A stretch of DNA of 64,000 nt, from contig NC_045726.1 of assembly GCF_009834535.1 (NCBI RefSeq), positions 13,950,001-14,014,000 of the forward strand, given 5' to 3'. The notes under the pieces were generated by a model. The model did not search any database. It was not told the DNA's origin and saw only the letters and a program-made list of their open reading frames with translations. A program made the translations under genes and the position numbers. Shown here piece by piece: positions 1 to 13,043 of the stretch; positions within the stretch are counted from its first letter, which is position 1; the number at the start of each line of letters is the position of its first letter. The DNA is from Camelus ferus (Eukaryota).

Positions 1-257
1 TTTTGTTGTTGAAGATAAACGGATCCCTGGCCCTATACATAAACTGGAATAAGAACAGGTTTAGAATTTTGTCTCACGATAGGACTTTCCCCTGTAAGAC
101 ATACAGGAGACGTGGTTTAAATGAACCAAGTGATTCTCCAACTTTCAAATCGTGGTTTTACATACGGGAAAACAGTGAGACAGAAAAGTTCATCTTAGGA
201 AACACTCGTCCATCACTGATGAAGTCCCATGCTCCATGAAATAAGTTAATCATTTTA

Positions 258-456
258 TTATTTTATTTTATTGTGTTAACATTTAAATTCTTTCTTTTTT
301 TTTTTTTTGGTTATTGTTGTTCTTTTTTGGGGGGAGGAGGGGAGATAATTAGGTTTACTTATTTATTTTTTTATTTAACAGAGGTACTGGAAATTGAACC
401 CACGACTTCTTGCATGCTAAGCATGCGCTCTACCTCCTGAGCTACACCCTCCCCCC
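258..456 (-). mobile_element. Camelid tRNA-Ala-derived SINE (vic-1 type), long-tail form
   Basis: Head GGGGGAGGGTGTAGCTCAGGAGGTAGAGCGCATGCTTAGCATGCAAG...GGGTTCAATTTCCAGTACCTC plus A-rich tail; flanking direct repeat ttaatcatttta at 246-257 and 461-472. Confidence 0.9.
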
Positions 457-523
457 TAAATTAATCATTTTAAAGTGAGCATGTTTACTATCTGAGGTTC
501 CTTCTAAAATCCCCTTAGGGAGT

Positions 524-620
524 GGGGGGGGGGGCTATAGCTCAGTGGTAGAGCGTATGCTTGGCATACACAAGATCCTGGGTTCAATCCCCAGTACCTC
601 CACTAAAAAAAAAAAAAAAA
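524..620 (+). mobile_element. Camelid tRNA-Ala-derived SINE (vic-1 type)
   Basis: GGG...CTATAGCTCAGTGGTAGAGCGTATGCTTGGCATACACAAGATCCTGGGTTCAATCCCCAGTACCTCCA followed by A16. Pol III A and B boxes visible. Confidence 0.9.
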
Positions 621-857
621 GGAAAGAAAATAGTTGCAGAGAATACAGAGTCCAGAGCCTACTAAGCTGAAAAATAAAACTCCATCTTCAACCTTGCCAG
701 CCAATTAAAAAAAAAATTTTTTTTTAAATTAAATCTCTCCAAATGGAAGGTAGACCAGTAAAACAAAGCTTTGTAAATTAGTGAGACACTGTCGCCACCT
801 TGTGTTTAACAGTCTTCATTACACTCACAATACAGTGAAAGATCACACTTGGGATTC

Positions 858-3851
858 AACAGTTACAGAATATAGCTTTATTAATAGAATTTTACAAATA
901 AAAACATTTACAGTCCACATAACTTAAGGTATTTTCTTTTCTAATTTATCCTCATAACACCTGAGTTATTTAAAAAACACTGTGATGGAACTGCAGAACT
1001 GTAAAAGGAAATATGAATAATAAAAACCTAACCTCTCTCTTTTGCAAAAATCAGTAACTTTTTGTTTTCTAAGTGGATTCCAACATACTACCATCTCCAC
1101 ATTACCACGGGGAAGAGGACTTACTAAAAACAGACCTTAGGATACCAGAACAGAGAAGCCTTCTTTTTTAAATCCAGGGTGAAGGACCAATGAAAGACCC
1201 TAGTTGACCCTATACACAAAACAACCTTTGGGGCAAGGACAGAAGGCAACCTGAAAGCCAGGGTGAGTGAGAAGCAACAGAACCCTTGCTCCTGGGTCAC
1301 TGCTGCATGTGACAGACTTTCCTACAGTTATCCTTCGTAGGAGCTGGTCCATACGGGGCAACAGAAGTTGAGGATGTGAATGCCAGGGGTGAAAAAGTCC
1401 TCAGAACTTGCTACTCTTCAGACTTCTACTATGTACAAATGCTTAAAACAGCAAATCCAACGCTTAGAAGTCACAAAAAAATTGCCATATTTTCAATGCA
1501 TGAGGCAAATCTGTTGCCAATGGCAACATACAATCAGTTGCACGATTTAAGTGTCTCCACCCCTCCTAAGTTCCAACTAGACTGGCCTCTGGACCAATTA
1601 CAGTTTGAAGAGAATTTCCCTTTGAGGCAGCTGTCAATGAAAGGAAAGTTCTTACCATAGACGTGCACGAGAAGGGAAAGCACCCTATCGCTCCATCTTT
1701 TACTTTTTAATTTGTTAAAGATTACATTTTTGAGCTCTTCTACAACTAGAAACCCACTAATTCTTACTTAGTATTCTACTTCAAGAATAACGGTATTTGT
1801 AAGGAATGACAGATCTACAGGGAATGCTAAAATTATAAATTTAATACATCGATGAGAATTAGGGAAGCAAAATCTTCTAAAGTCTTAAAGTTTTTGAGTG
1901 TTATTTTCTGCTAGCTCTGAAAGCAGTTTGAGAAAAATAAAACAGAAAAGACAAAGAATCATTTGAAAACACTAACAATAACAGGAATAAGGATATTATA
2001 AAAAGTTAAGATTCCAACATTCAAGGAATTGATTCTTTGGTAAAAACTGGACCATAATTCTACCAGGAGTCTGTCCTGATAATTCATCTAGAATCTTGAG
2101 AACTGAGTTTTCCTTCCTCTTCCGCCCATCTCAAATCTATCAAAGCCAACAGGCAAGATGAGAAAAAAAAGTTAAAAAGCATCACTGGAGGTTTTCCCGC
2201 TCATGTTCTTTTCAAGAATGTTCCTGGTTTGAGGGTTGTTCCCCAGGAAGAAAAAAAAAAAAAGAGTAGATGCTGCTTTTAATTACTATAGAATGGAAAA
2301 TTTTCCTGGCAGAACGGAAAAAGTCACAGGTGGTGGCAACGAACCAGCACCTGCCAGTCACGTGCACAAGTCAGTTTGCGAGCACAGCCCCTGGGCTGCA
2401 ACTGTGGGCACCGCTGAGGGAGGCTTCTGGAGAGGTCGGCTCCCCAGAGTGGCTAAAGAATCTCACATTATCAATATGATAATAATAAAGCAATTCACCT
2501 AGTGAACTTGGGGATTAGCTCCCCTTGCAGCCAGAGCGCCGAGGAGAGGGCTCCACAGGGCCTGAGGCTGGCCTACAGTCTCACAAACGAGTCTATCCGT
2601 CCATTTTCTGAAAAGAGTTAGAGCAATTTATATTCCAATTTGATACAGGATTCGCCCCTTCCTGTTTGGGGGGAGGGAGGTGGGGAAGGAGGAGGAGCCC
2701 AGACAGCGCAGTGTAACCAGTAGGTCCTCTGTTCTGCAAACACCAGCGGTGCCCCCATCCACGCTCTGGGCCTTGTCTCTCAGAGTTCTATGGCTTGTAC
2801 TGTTGTTATTTATGGAATTAACAAACCCTAAATGTCACCTGCACTGATTCCATTTCTGATTACCCTTGTGGAAAAGCGTAAGCTGCACCCCGATTCTCTG
2901 GGGCAACCTGCCACTTGGCAGCAGAAGCGGTGACCGGGGAGGTAAACGTGTGCAGTCTCCCCTCTGCAATGAGCATCATGAATGTGCTTAGAATGTGCTC
3001 CCAGGGAGGCAGCGGAAAAGTCTCTCAGGAGATGGGAGTGTGGAAGGGGAGGTGTCTCCTTTCTCTGCCCTCCAGTCTGTCACTGCCTAAAAGGAGGGGA
3101 AGTTCAGCCACAGAACTCTGTGTCTGCTCACCTGGACGGCCAGGAAACCCCAGGTGCAGTCAGAACCAACGCCTGGCGTCCCCGGGGGAACAAGTAACTG
3201 TCCCAACGAGACACACACCATCGGGTCTACTTCCCCCCCTCTCAGGAGGATCCCTGCCTCTCCTTGTCTGTTTCCAAATTTTAGTTCTCTTTGACAAAAG
3301 AAGCAAGCAACTGCACAGCTTGGAAAAAACAGGAGGGATTCCTGTCGTTTGTACCTTTTCTGTAAAAACAGGCGAATTCATTTAAAAATGGGTCACCTTG
3401 AGGCCCAGGATGCACAGTTAGATTTATGGGCCCCAAACTATATAGATTCACCACACTTCTGATATTTCTAACCGAGTTATGACTCTTGGCTATATTTCTG
3501 CATCGTAGGGCCAAGGATTCAGAACGTCTCAGTGCTGGTTGGAAGAGAAAGAGGTCAGAGTAACCAGAGAAAAAAAGTTAGGCTTGTCTTTTCAGCTGCA
3601 TTCAGTTCCAGAATCACTCTGAGAAAGAAGAGAAGGAGAGAGGCACTACCTAGAGGCTGGTTACCAGGGCAGCTTATTCCTAGGACAGAGCATTTTAAAA
3701 ACAGCTGACACTTGAATGCAGGAATACAGTCCGTGTCACAGTTTTTAATAGGACTGCCTCTTCCGAGGAGCTTCATGGACGAGGCGTCCTCCAGCAGGGG
3801 ACAGGATAGCCCGGGGCCAGACCTCCAATCCCGCTGGCTCCAGGCAGGGCC
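858..3851 (-). other. SLC39A14: SLC39A14 3' UTR (~3 kb; exact cleavage site approximate)
   Basis: Largely repeat-free stretch between the stop codon and a canonical poly(A) signal; length fits the known long ZIP14 3' UTR. Confidence 0.75.
877..882 (-). terminator. SLC39A14 poly(A) signal AATAAA
   Basis: tttatt on + strand; followed on the - strand by T/GT-rich sequence (tgtaactgttg...gtgtg...tgtattgtgagtgt). Confidence 0.8.
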
Positions 3852-3998
3852 CTACCCGATCTGGATCTGTCCTGAATACATGGTAAGGAGCAGCATGATG
3901 GCGAAACCAGTCAAGAGGCCCAGGTTCTGGATGACAAAGGGGACCAAGATACTGCCCTTCCTTTCATCCTCTTGGCAGACCTCGTTCATCTCGGGGAA
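3852..3998 (-). CDS. SLC39A14: SLC39A14 exon 9 coding part (TM8, stop)
   Basis: ccccag acceptor. [51 protein letters not shown]. Exon lengths with one exon 4 sum to 1470 nt = 489 aa + stop. Confidence 0.97.
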   Translation of the reverse strand, partial: FPEMNEVCQEDERKGSILVPFVIQNLGLLTGFAIMLLLTMYSGQIQIG

Positions 3999-4395
3999 CT
4001 GGGGAAGAGAGAAAAACAACAGAGCTGAAGTTCCCGTCTGAACCTGTTCGCAGGACATTCAGTGCGAGAGAGAGTACCTGTATTTATACCTAAGAATTGT
4101 TACAGTACTTCTTAATATTTATATGAGAATATCAACACAGACAGTAGCATAAATATTGTTTTAGCTATTATTTTACATAGTTAACATATACACATAATTG
4201 GCTTATAAGGAAAATCAACAGCAGCAGCCTCTAGAACATAAACTTAACAGCCTTTCTCCAAGGTGGTTACTGCCACTTTACAACTATTGAGGAAAAACAA
4301 AGTACTGCATGTGCGTGTAGCCCTGGATGTGTTCAGATGCTGGCTAAAAATAGCCACTTTGATAAAAATTACTGTGACCTTTTAAAAGCACTTGA

Positions 4396-4541
4396 GGGGG
4401 GAGGGTGTAGCTCAGTGGTAGAGGGCATGCTTAGCATGCAGGAGGCCCTGGGTTCAATTCCCAGCACCTCCACTGAAATAAATAAACACATAAATAAACA
4501 AATCTAATTACCCACCCCCTTCCAAACCAAAATGAAACAGA
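4396..4541 (+). mobile_element. Camelid tRNA-Ala-derived SINE in SLC39A14 intron 8, antisense to the gene
   Basis: tRNA-like head plus AAAT-rich tail; TSD taaaagcac(t/c)tga at 4383-4395 and 4542-4554. Confidence 0.92.
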
Positions 4542-5552
4542 TAAAAGCACCTGAAAAGGTCTTTTGGCTACCAAAATGTTGTCATGTGTTTGGAAAACTG
4601 AGTATCTGTGTAAGGAACCAGAGAACAGAGCTATGACACAAGGCCTCCTGCTGTTGGTCAGCAAGGCAGGTGACAAAAAATACCCTAACCCCAGGGAGGG
4701 CCACCCACAGAGGAGACGCTAAGATGTTTCCCTGGGCTGAGTGTAGGCGCTTATCATCGCATCAGAAATACTACTTTCCAAGGTTACGGAAAATAATTCA
4801 TGCAAACATGCCAAAGAACACGTCATGCCAACAAACAAGGAAAGAAATCAACCAGTCAGTTATACAAAAGATGCAACAACAAACCAGACCCCTCACTAGC
4901 AAACTCAAAACTACTTAAGTGGTTATGTCAAAGGTTAGCAGGTCCAGCACAGGGTACACTCTCAGACACTGCTAATAACGTAAGGAAGGGTACATCTTTT
5001 TAAAAGCAATCTGGCAATACGTATTGAAAGCCCCAAACCATGCATCCCTTCTGAGCCAGCAGTTCTTGCTCTGGATAAGGTCACTCCTCTCACCAAATGA
5101 CACCGCCACTGAGAAGGATGCTTTTTAAAGAGTATGCAACATGAAAAATGTCTGGGATACATTAAGTGAAAAAGAAACCAGGATATAACATTATATATTC
5201 AATGTGATCAGAGTTATTTACAAACAAACACAATGCACTGAGACAAAAAAGAAACAAACCCAAGTGGTGGTGGTGTTCTGGGGGAGAATAATTATGGGTA
5301 ATATTCTTTCCTTCCTTCCCTCCTAGCTTCCTTCTTTTCATTTATCTGTAATACTTAAGTAAGGACACTGGAGCTGAGTTTGATCATTTTCTTTAATGAC
5401 ACAAGCTTTTCATCCTTTAAAATCTAATGTCTCCTTATGTCACTGAACTGTACACTTAGGTAATTGTGTGGTACGTGAACTGACTCCTCAATAAAGCTGT
5501 TATTAAAACCTAACTAATGTCCCCTTAGCTGTCTTCCCAGCTAATGACTTTA

Positions 5553-5900
<348 letters not shown>

Positions 5901-6574
5901 TCAAGACAGCCCCCGACTGGAGACCACAGTGGCAAGACTTAGGGCCCCCTTCATCTCCACGCCGGGAGCCGTCTCCATCTGCGAGGCTGGCCATGTACTT
6001 CCAGCCTAGAGGCTGAAAGCTGTGTACATGATTTTCAAAAGGCCATTTAGCAATGGCCTCATTTGTCTTTTGATTGATGGTGAAACAGAAGGAGTTTCCT
6101 TCCTCAAAACTAAAATGAATGGTATTTTTAGGAAACAAAATTGTGACTGAGGGAAGTTAAGTAATTTGCCCAAAGTCATAAGCCAATAAATGGCAAAGCC
6201 GGGACTTGACCTTGAGTGTCTGTGCCTGCAAAGTCGGCTTTTTACACTCTCCCTCTGATAAAACCAAGGACCTTCCAAACCCTGGTTCATCTACCTCTAT
6301 GCACTAGCCTTCTAACATCACATCTCAGCCTCTGGAAGAGTGGTAGGATCTAAGAGACCTGTACTGAGCACTCAGAAGAGCGTTATGGTGCGTAGGAGTC
6401 CTTTCCACCATTGTTTCCCTTTTGCTCCTCATGATAAATCAGAGAGTGAGGTAGGTACCATTATGAACCCCATCGTACAGGTGAGGAAACTGAGCCACAG
6501 GATGTGAGGCCGAAGGGAAACAAGCATCTCTGTAAAAACTCCGTCATTTCCAACGATCAATTTTCAATTATTCA

Positions 6575-7003
<429 letters not shown>

Positions 7004-7063
7004 TCAAACCTGTCGTTACCGCTTAGGGGCCCCCGCCCGCCAAACAGCGGCCAGCCGACTGAC

Positions 7064-7252
7064 CTGGACAGACAGCGAGCCCACAATGACCTTCTCATCC
7101 ATCACGGGGGCCTTCCCGTCCAGCTCGCTGCTGCAGTGCTGAGGAATCATGTGGTCCAGATCCCCGTTCTGCAGCTTCTCTGTCACCCCCTCCTCCTGGT
7201 CCTTCTGGGAAGGCAGTGTCTCGGAAGCATAATGGCTATGTCCATGGTGATG
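7064..7252 (-). CDS. SLC39A14: SLC39A14 exon 6 (His-rich cytoplasmic loop)
   Basis: ctccag acceptor, GTCAGT donor, 189 nt. [40 protein letters not shown]...VGSLSVQ. Confidence 0.97.
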
Positions 7253-7935
7253 CTGGAGGGACCCCAGGGAGGGGTCAGCACAATGCTCACCAAAACCACC
7301 CCACAGGGCAGGGAAGACCTCACTCCCGCCATCAGAAAAAGCACAAGCGGGCGATATGACAGGGACCTCGGGCAAGTTGTCAGAGAAAGCGGAACTGAGG
7401 GCACTGTGGGGCTGGTGGAGGACAGATCTCAGAGCAGTGACCTCAGGGCCCACACTCATTCCATCCAGGAGGCACTGCTAAGAACGTTTAGAGCTCCTCC
7501 TTGCAATGGCTAATTTTATTCCATTCAGCAACTTTTAGAGGATAATTACATGCCAGGCACCAAAGGTAACTTCTGGGGGACTATGCTGCCATCATCGGTT
7601 CTGTGTCCTTGCGCTCATACCTCAGACACAGTGCCTGTCCTTCATCTCCTAAAGGTATGGAATTCTATTAAGGAAATAATCTAGATCAACACACAGTGGG
7701 TAAATTACCGCCTAATAAAAGGCACACAGTTCAGATCTGGTTTCCGGTTTGCCCTCACCCCTTGCTAATTCCCTCCTGAGATGAAGTGGGAAATTCACTC
7801 ATGAAATAATCTGTGGGTCTGAATCCAAGGTAGGAGGGTCCGGGCGAGCTCAGTGGATCGGTGTTGAGGTAACACCACTACCAGGACATGAAAGCATTTT
7901 AGAGATGGATGCTCTCCCTAGGGTCACTTCCTTTA

Positions 7936-8103
<168 letters not shown>

Positions 8104-9599
8104 TTAAGAATACAGAAAATCTTCGTTGGTCCCCTCTCATCTCTTAACTGCTTCCCTGACTCCAGGAAAGGAAAGAGACTGGGGCAACTCTGCCATCTCC
8201 CCAATCTCTTTCCAGCAAAACCTAAACCTGGATGTTTCCCTAATGTCACATCACCAGACCTGCTAGGTTCTGGCTTATTTTCTGATGCAAAAGACAAATC
8301 GTCTTTAGAATTTTAGTCTCGGGGAAAAACAGCCTTGGGTGTGATTTTCTGCTTTTAACGAGGGCTACCTTCATTTCCCCTGCTGGTTGGCTACAATGGC
8401 GAACTCTGCTGGCAAATTCCATGCTTCTGGAGAAGGGCACTAGTATTTGTTTTCATTGTTATCTAGCATCCCTGGCTGATCTGCCCGTAAACACCAGCGA
8501 GATGGTGTAATTAAACTTTCCAAAATGGGAAATCCTTTCCCCAGTTAAACAGTAAGAACTGCGGCATCTTCCTGACCGCAGACCTCCCAGCGACTACAAA
8601 GCCAAGAAAGCAGACTGTGACTGCACGTGTCAGTTTGGGGGGTTTTGTTTTGAGTTCTGGAAACTTCACTTAATAAGGGGGAGAAAGAAGAAGAAGAAAA
8701 GAATCCATTGGGAAGCAGACAGGAGCAAAAATCAGGAGAATTCTACTCCCAGTGATGCTCCTGATTTGTGTGTGTTGGTGGGGCGGGTCTGGGGAAAGTG
8801 ACTGGTGACCTGCTCCTCTGTTTTCCAACAGGAAACGGGCCTCTCGAATCAGCGCCAGCTTTCTCATGAACGGGTCGCAGGTAAAAGTGACCACTGGTAC
8901 CAGGGACTCGGGACTGCTTAAAGTCAAGTGTTTTTCCTTTCTGTTTTAAAGAGACAAAATGCCATCTCTACCCCTAGTGTGGTTTTCTACGAGACATAAA
9001 GGTCAAGTTCTAAAATAGAAATGATACATTCAGGCTGACTTTCCGGGAGAGTCAAATCACCTTAGGGGAAAGTGGGGCGAAAAGAGGCAACTAACAGTTG
9101 TTCTCCACAGAAAGCACTAGGATGGGAGCTCCTGTGCAGGTGGGATTCTGTATCTCGTCAAGGGATAAAACTTTACTTGTTTCCTAGACGTCACAAAACC
9201 ACATCTTGGAAAACATGAACTGCTCTACGAAGCGGGGCGTCAGCTTTCTGTCTCACGTCCGGCTGGTCCGGACCTGTCAGACCACCCACAGCGCAGTGTC
9301 TCATACTTCCTGCCATCAGCGGGTCTGCTCAGAGACCATGCCAGATCAGAAACTCCTTCAAGGCCCTTTGCAAACCCTACAGACACCGGGCTCCTCCTTT
9401 GCGAAGGGTTTCTGGTTAGCCCAGGCGAAGGAGCCAGGGTGCTTGCTGTCAATGTGCGTGAGACCAGACTGGCCCCCAAACACCCTACTGAGGAGAACTG
9501 ATCTTTTTATTGAAACTTATGCAACCTGCTGATGTGGGGGGTTTTGAGGTGCCCAAAATCCCCAGACTGGGAGCCGTGATCTAACTACACTATCTCCCT

Positions 9600-9800
9600 T
9601 CATCCAACAGATAGAGCACTAGGCACAGGCATGCTACAAACATTAACTCATGTAAATAATCCTCACAATATCGTCCTGAGGTCCATCCTATCTCCCCCAT
9701 CTTACCTATAAGGAAACGGAAGCACAGACAGGTTACATGACCTGCCCAAGGTCCCAGACTTTGTGGCTGGTGGAGCTGGGATTCGAAGCCAGCTCTCACA
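9600..9800 (-). mobile_element. MIR SINE relic (others at ~6430-6510, ~14410-14540, ~16670-16980, ~23380-23460, ~32400-32700, ~33150-33300)
   Basis: MIR core words: aatcctcacaa...atctcccccatcttac..ataaggaaacggaagcacagacaggtta..tgacctgcccaaggtc..ggagctgggattcgaa. Confidence 0.7.
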
Positions 9801-9832
9801 CTGACTCTGCTGCCTCTCTGAGCTCGTCCCTA

Positions 9833-10291
<459 letters not shown>

Positions 10292-12110
10292 TCAGAGAGA
10301 CAAGCAGGGAGGGAGAGAGAAATAGAACATTTGTTAGTGATTCAAGTCTGATGAAATTTCCTTCAATCAGTTTAGGAGAAATGGGGAGGAACCCAGGTGG
10401 CCTTGGAACCCTGTGTCTCCCACCCCTGCTTCCTGGTGGCCGAGTCCCGCCTGCCAGCTGCTGTGAGCTGTCTGGCCCACGGCCCAGGGGTGCCTGGGCC
10501 TCGTCCGAGGCTGCCCGGCAGACTTTGGACCCGGGGGCTCTCTGAAACAGGAAATGAGCTCAGGGAAGAGACCGATCGTCTCGCTGCCGTGTCTGCACGG
10601 CCGACCCGCGCTGTGCGGGCACACGTGACGTTCCCCCATCTGGTCTGCTCCGTGCAAGACACAACCAAGTCACATGTGCAGGGCAGAAGGGACAGGGGAC
10701 AGGCAAGGCCCGAGGCCCAAAAATTCAGTTTCTTAACACCTCAGGTTCTGTTCTGTTTGTTTCCTTTTGCTTTGAGGGCTCCAGCAGAGAAAACAGAGTT
10801 CCAAGCTCACCCCGTCACAAGGTGTTCCCTCAGCCATTTCCCAGGGTCGCACACACTCCGGGCAGGACAAAACTGCGCCAGGACAAGGCCTCCACTGCGA
10901 GCGCAGGGGCGGAGTGTGTGTACCACGATTGTATTCCCATTCAACAGGCAACATGGCATTTCATTTCCAATCTTGCAAAACAATTAAATTTAATTTCTGG
11001 AGCTGAAAAAAATAGCCCAAGATGAAGTCTGCCCCGAGAAGCGTTTGCTGGATTCACGTGGGATCCTAACATGGAGTCCAGGTGGTTCATCTAAAACCAG
11101 GTTTCTTCTCTCATCACGAAGAAGGAATAGGCAAGGTAAGGCCTGGACATCCCAGGTGGTGTCTCTTCTGGGAGAGAGTCTTTTGACTGAGAAAGGCCGG
11201 GCAGCTGCCCACACAGGCTCTTTCTGGAAGGCGGCCACCGTCATTCCCAAAGGAGGTCCGCTCATGACCCATCGCCCCTACTGCACGTCCTTGACTGCGC
11301 TGACAGGTGGGCAGACCATCAACTTGGGGCTTATTTTTTTCAGCTCCTCAGCGCTTACAGTTAAAAGACAAAATTAACAAACATTTCAAAACAGTCAAGG
11401 AAGGGCGCCAGGAAGTCGGTCCTATCAGGAAAAAGTCAGGATGCAAGGTGCGAAGGACTGTGTGTCCCTTTCCTTTATTATATCATTATAATTTCGCTTG
11501 TTTTTGTAAAACAGTCCTCATTCTACATTTGGCCCTCTATGCTAATGGATTATGGCTGCTTTAAAAAAAAAAAAAAAGGATCGGGTACGCCTTAGGCCGA
11601 TCCAGCTTTTCAGCTGGTAACCTCTTTCCTTCCACCTCATTTCAGGTGGATAAACTCTTGGCGGCCACACCTGAGTACTGCCAGGACCTCTACTTAGAGT
11701 GGGTCTGGAGGACCAAAGGCAGGGACAGCGACCACCGGCTCCAGCTCTCCTTCTGAGTCCTGCAAAGGCAGGGAAGGGACCCTGCACCGGCTCAGGAAAG
11801 GCACTGACTGGGGAAGGAGGCTGAGAGGCCCCCAACGTGGAGGGGAGGGAAGGGATGTGAAGAGCCTTGCATCTGACACCCCCTGAAGAGAACAGAGACA
11901 AACCTGGGTGCCCAGGAGTGAGAGGAGGCCCTTGAGATCCAGAGACAGAAGTCATTTGCATCCTTTGATAATGAGAAAGAAGTTAATGTTTCAGGTGGCA
12001 GCTGTCAGGTGCCCGAGAGCATGGGGTGGGGGCGGGGACGTGAGCCAGGGGTGGGCCCGGCGGTTGATGCCCCGGGGAGACAGGACCCGCACGTTTCTGG
12101 TCTACTGCAC

Positions 12111-12280
12111 CTCTGGGATGAGCTGGAAGAGCGCGTTAGAGAGCAGCGTTCCAATGGACAGGGCGATGAAGTAAGTGAGCACACGGCTGAAAAACGCTTT
12201 CTCTGTGCACGGCAGGACGAGGACTCCCAGGAGAGAGGCCAGGTTAATCACTGAGACACTGAGGAAACCAAAGCCCCACA
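12111..12280 (-). CDS. SLC39A14: SLC39A14 mutually exclusive exon 4A (TM1-TM2; labelled A because it is first in transcription order)
   Basis: ccacag acceptor, GTGCAG donor, 170 nt. [57 protein letters not shown]. Confidence 0.93.
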
Positions 12281-13043
12281 CTGTGGAGGAACAAGAACAG
12301 ATGGGGGCCTCCATTACCGAGGGTGGGGGTGCTCCTGCCACCTGGAGCAGCCCGATCTGAACTCGGCTGTGACCAGGGCAGGCAGATTCGCCAACCCATC
12401 AGTAAATATCCGCTAAGTCCATCTCTTGCTGGGTGCTGCAGAGAAGCCTAAAAAAATACACCTAAGTTGCTATCCAAAAGCAGCTCACCTCTGAGATGGA
12501 GGGGCAGGTGAAAACATGGAAGGCTAAATACCACAGGACCAAGTGCTGGGCAGCACACAGGATTTCAGAAGGGCGATCCAGGCCCATGGGAGCCACGCGC
12601 ACGCCAGAGCACGGTGAGTCCACTGTGGCCAGAGCAGAGGTCCCGGGCAGGGGGGGAGCGAGAAGGATGAAGTGGGCTGAGGGCAGACTGTGAAAGGTCT
12701 TAAATGCTAAGCGGAAAACCAAGACGTTGGCCCCCTTTGTGGTTTAATGAAAACCAAAACAGTAGAGTGGCTCAGGGGCACCTCCAGGCTGGCCCGAAAG
12801 CCCAACACTGAACCATCACCGGCCACGCTGCCCAGTCTGGCGAAACGCTGGACCCGTCTTCTGAGCAGCACAGGACACCAGTATAGTCAAGACTCCAACT
12901 CACTCCTCCCACAGATGATAAGAGGGTGATAACCAGTTAAACATTCAGCAGGCCGCTCTATCTCATCAGCCCAGCGGTGATCCGGGCTAGCCTGCAGGAG
13001 GACTAGCATGGACACCAGGCCCTGCCTTCCCAGCCCAGCTCAC

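Noticed and set aside
524-602. tRNA-Ala-like sequences (also 381-456, 4396-4472, 56636-56716) as real tRNA genes
   Set aside because: They have extra 5' G-rich leaders, stem-disrupting substitutions, A-rich tails and mostly target-site duplications, and occur four times in 64 kb. These are tRNA-derived SINEs.
703-730. Near-palindrome aatt-A10-T9-aaatt
   Set aside because: Low-complexity A/T tract junction; similar ones occur elsewhere (e.g. ~44755-44785).
2915-3385. 156-aa + strand ORF within the SLC39A14 3' UTR
   Set aside because: Starts at a non-ATG codon, is antisense to the UTR and has no recognisable homology.
10397-10987. 196-aa + strand ORF between exons 4A and 4B
   Set aside because: GC-rich intronic sequence giving Pro/Arg/Ala-rich translation in several overlapping frames; no coding signature.
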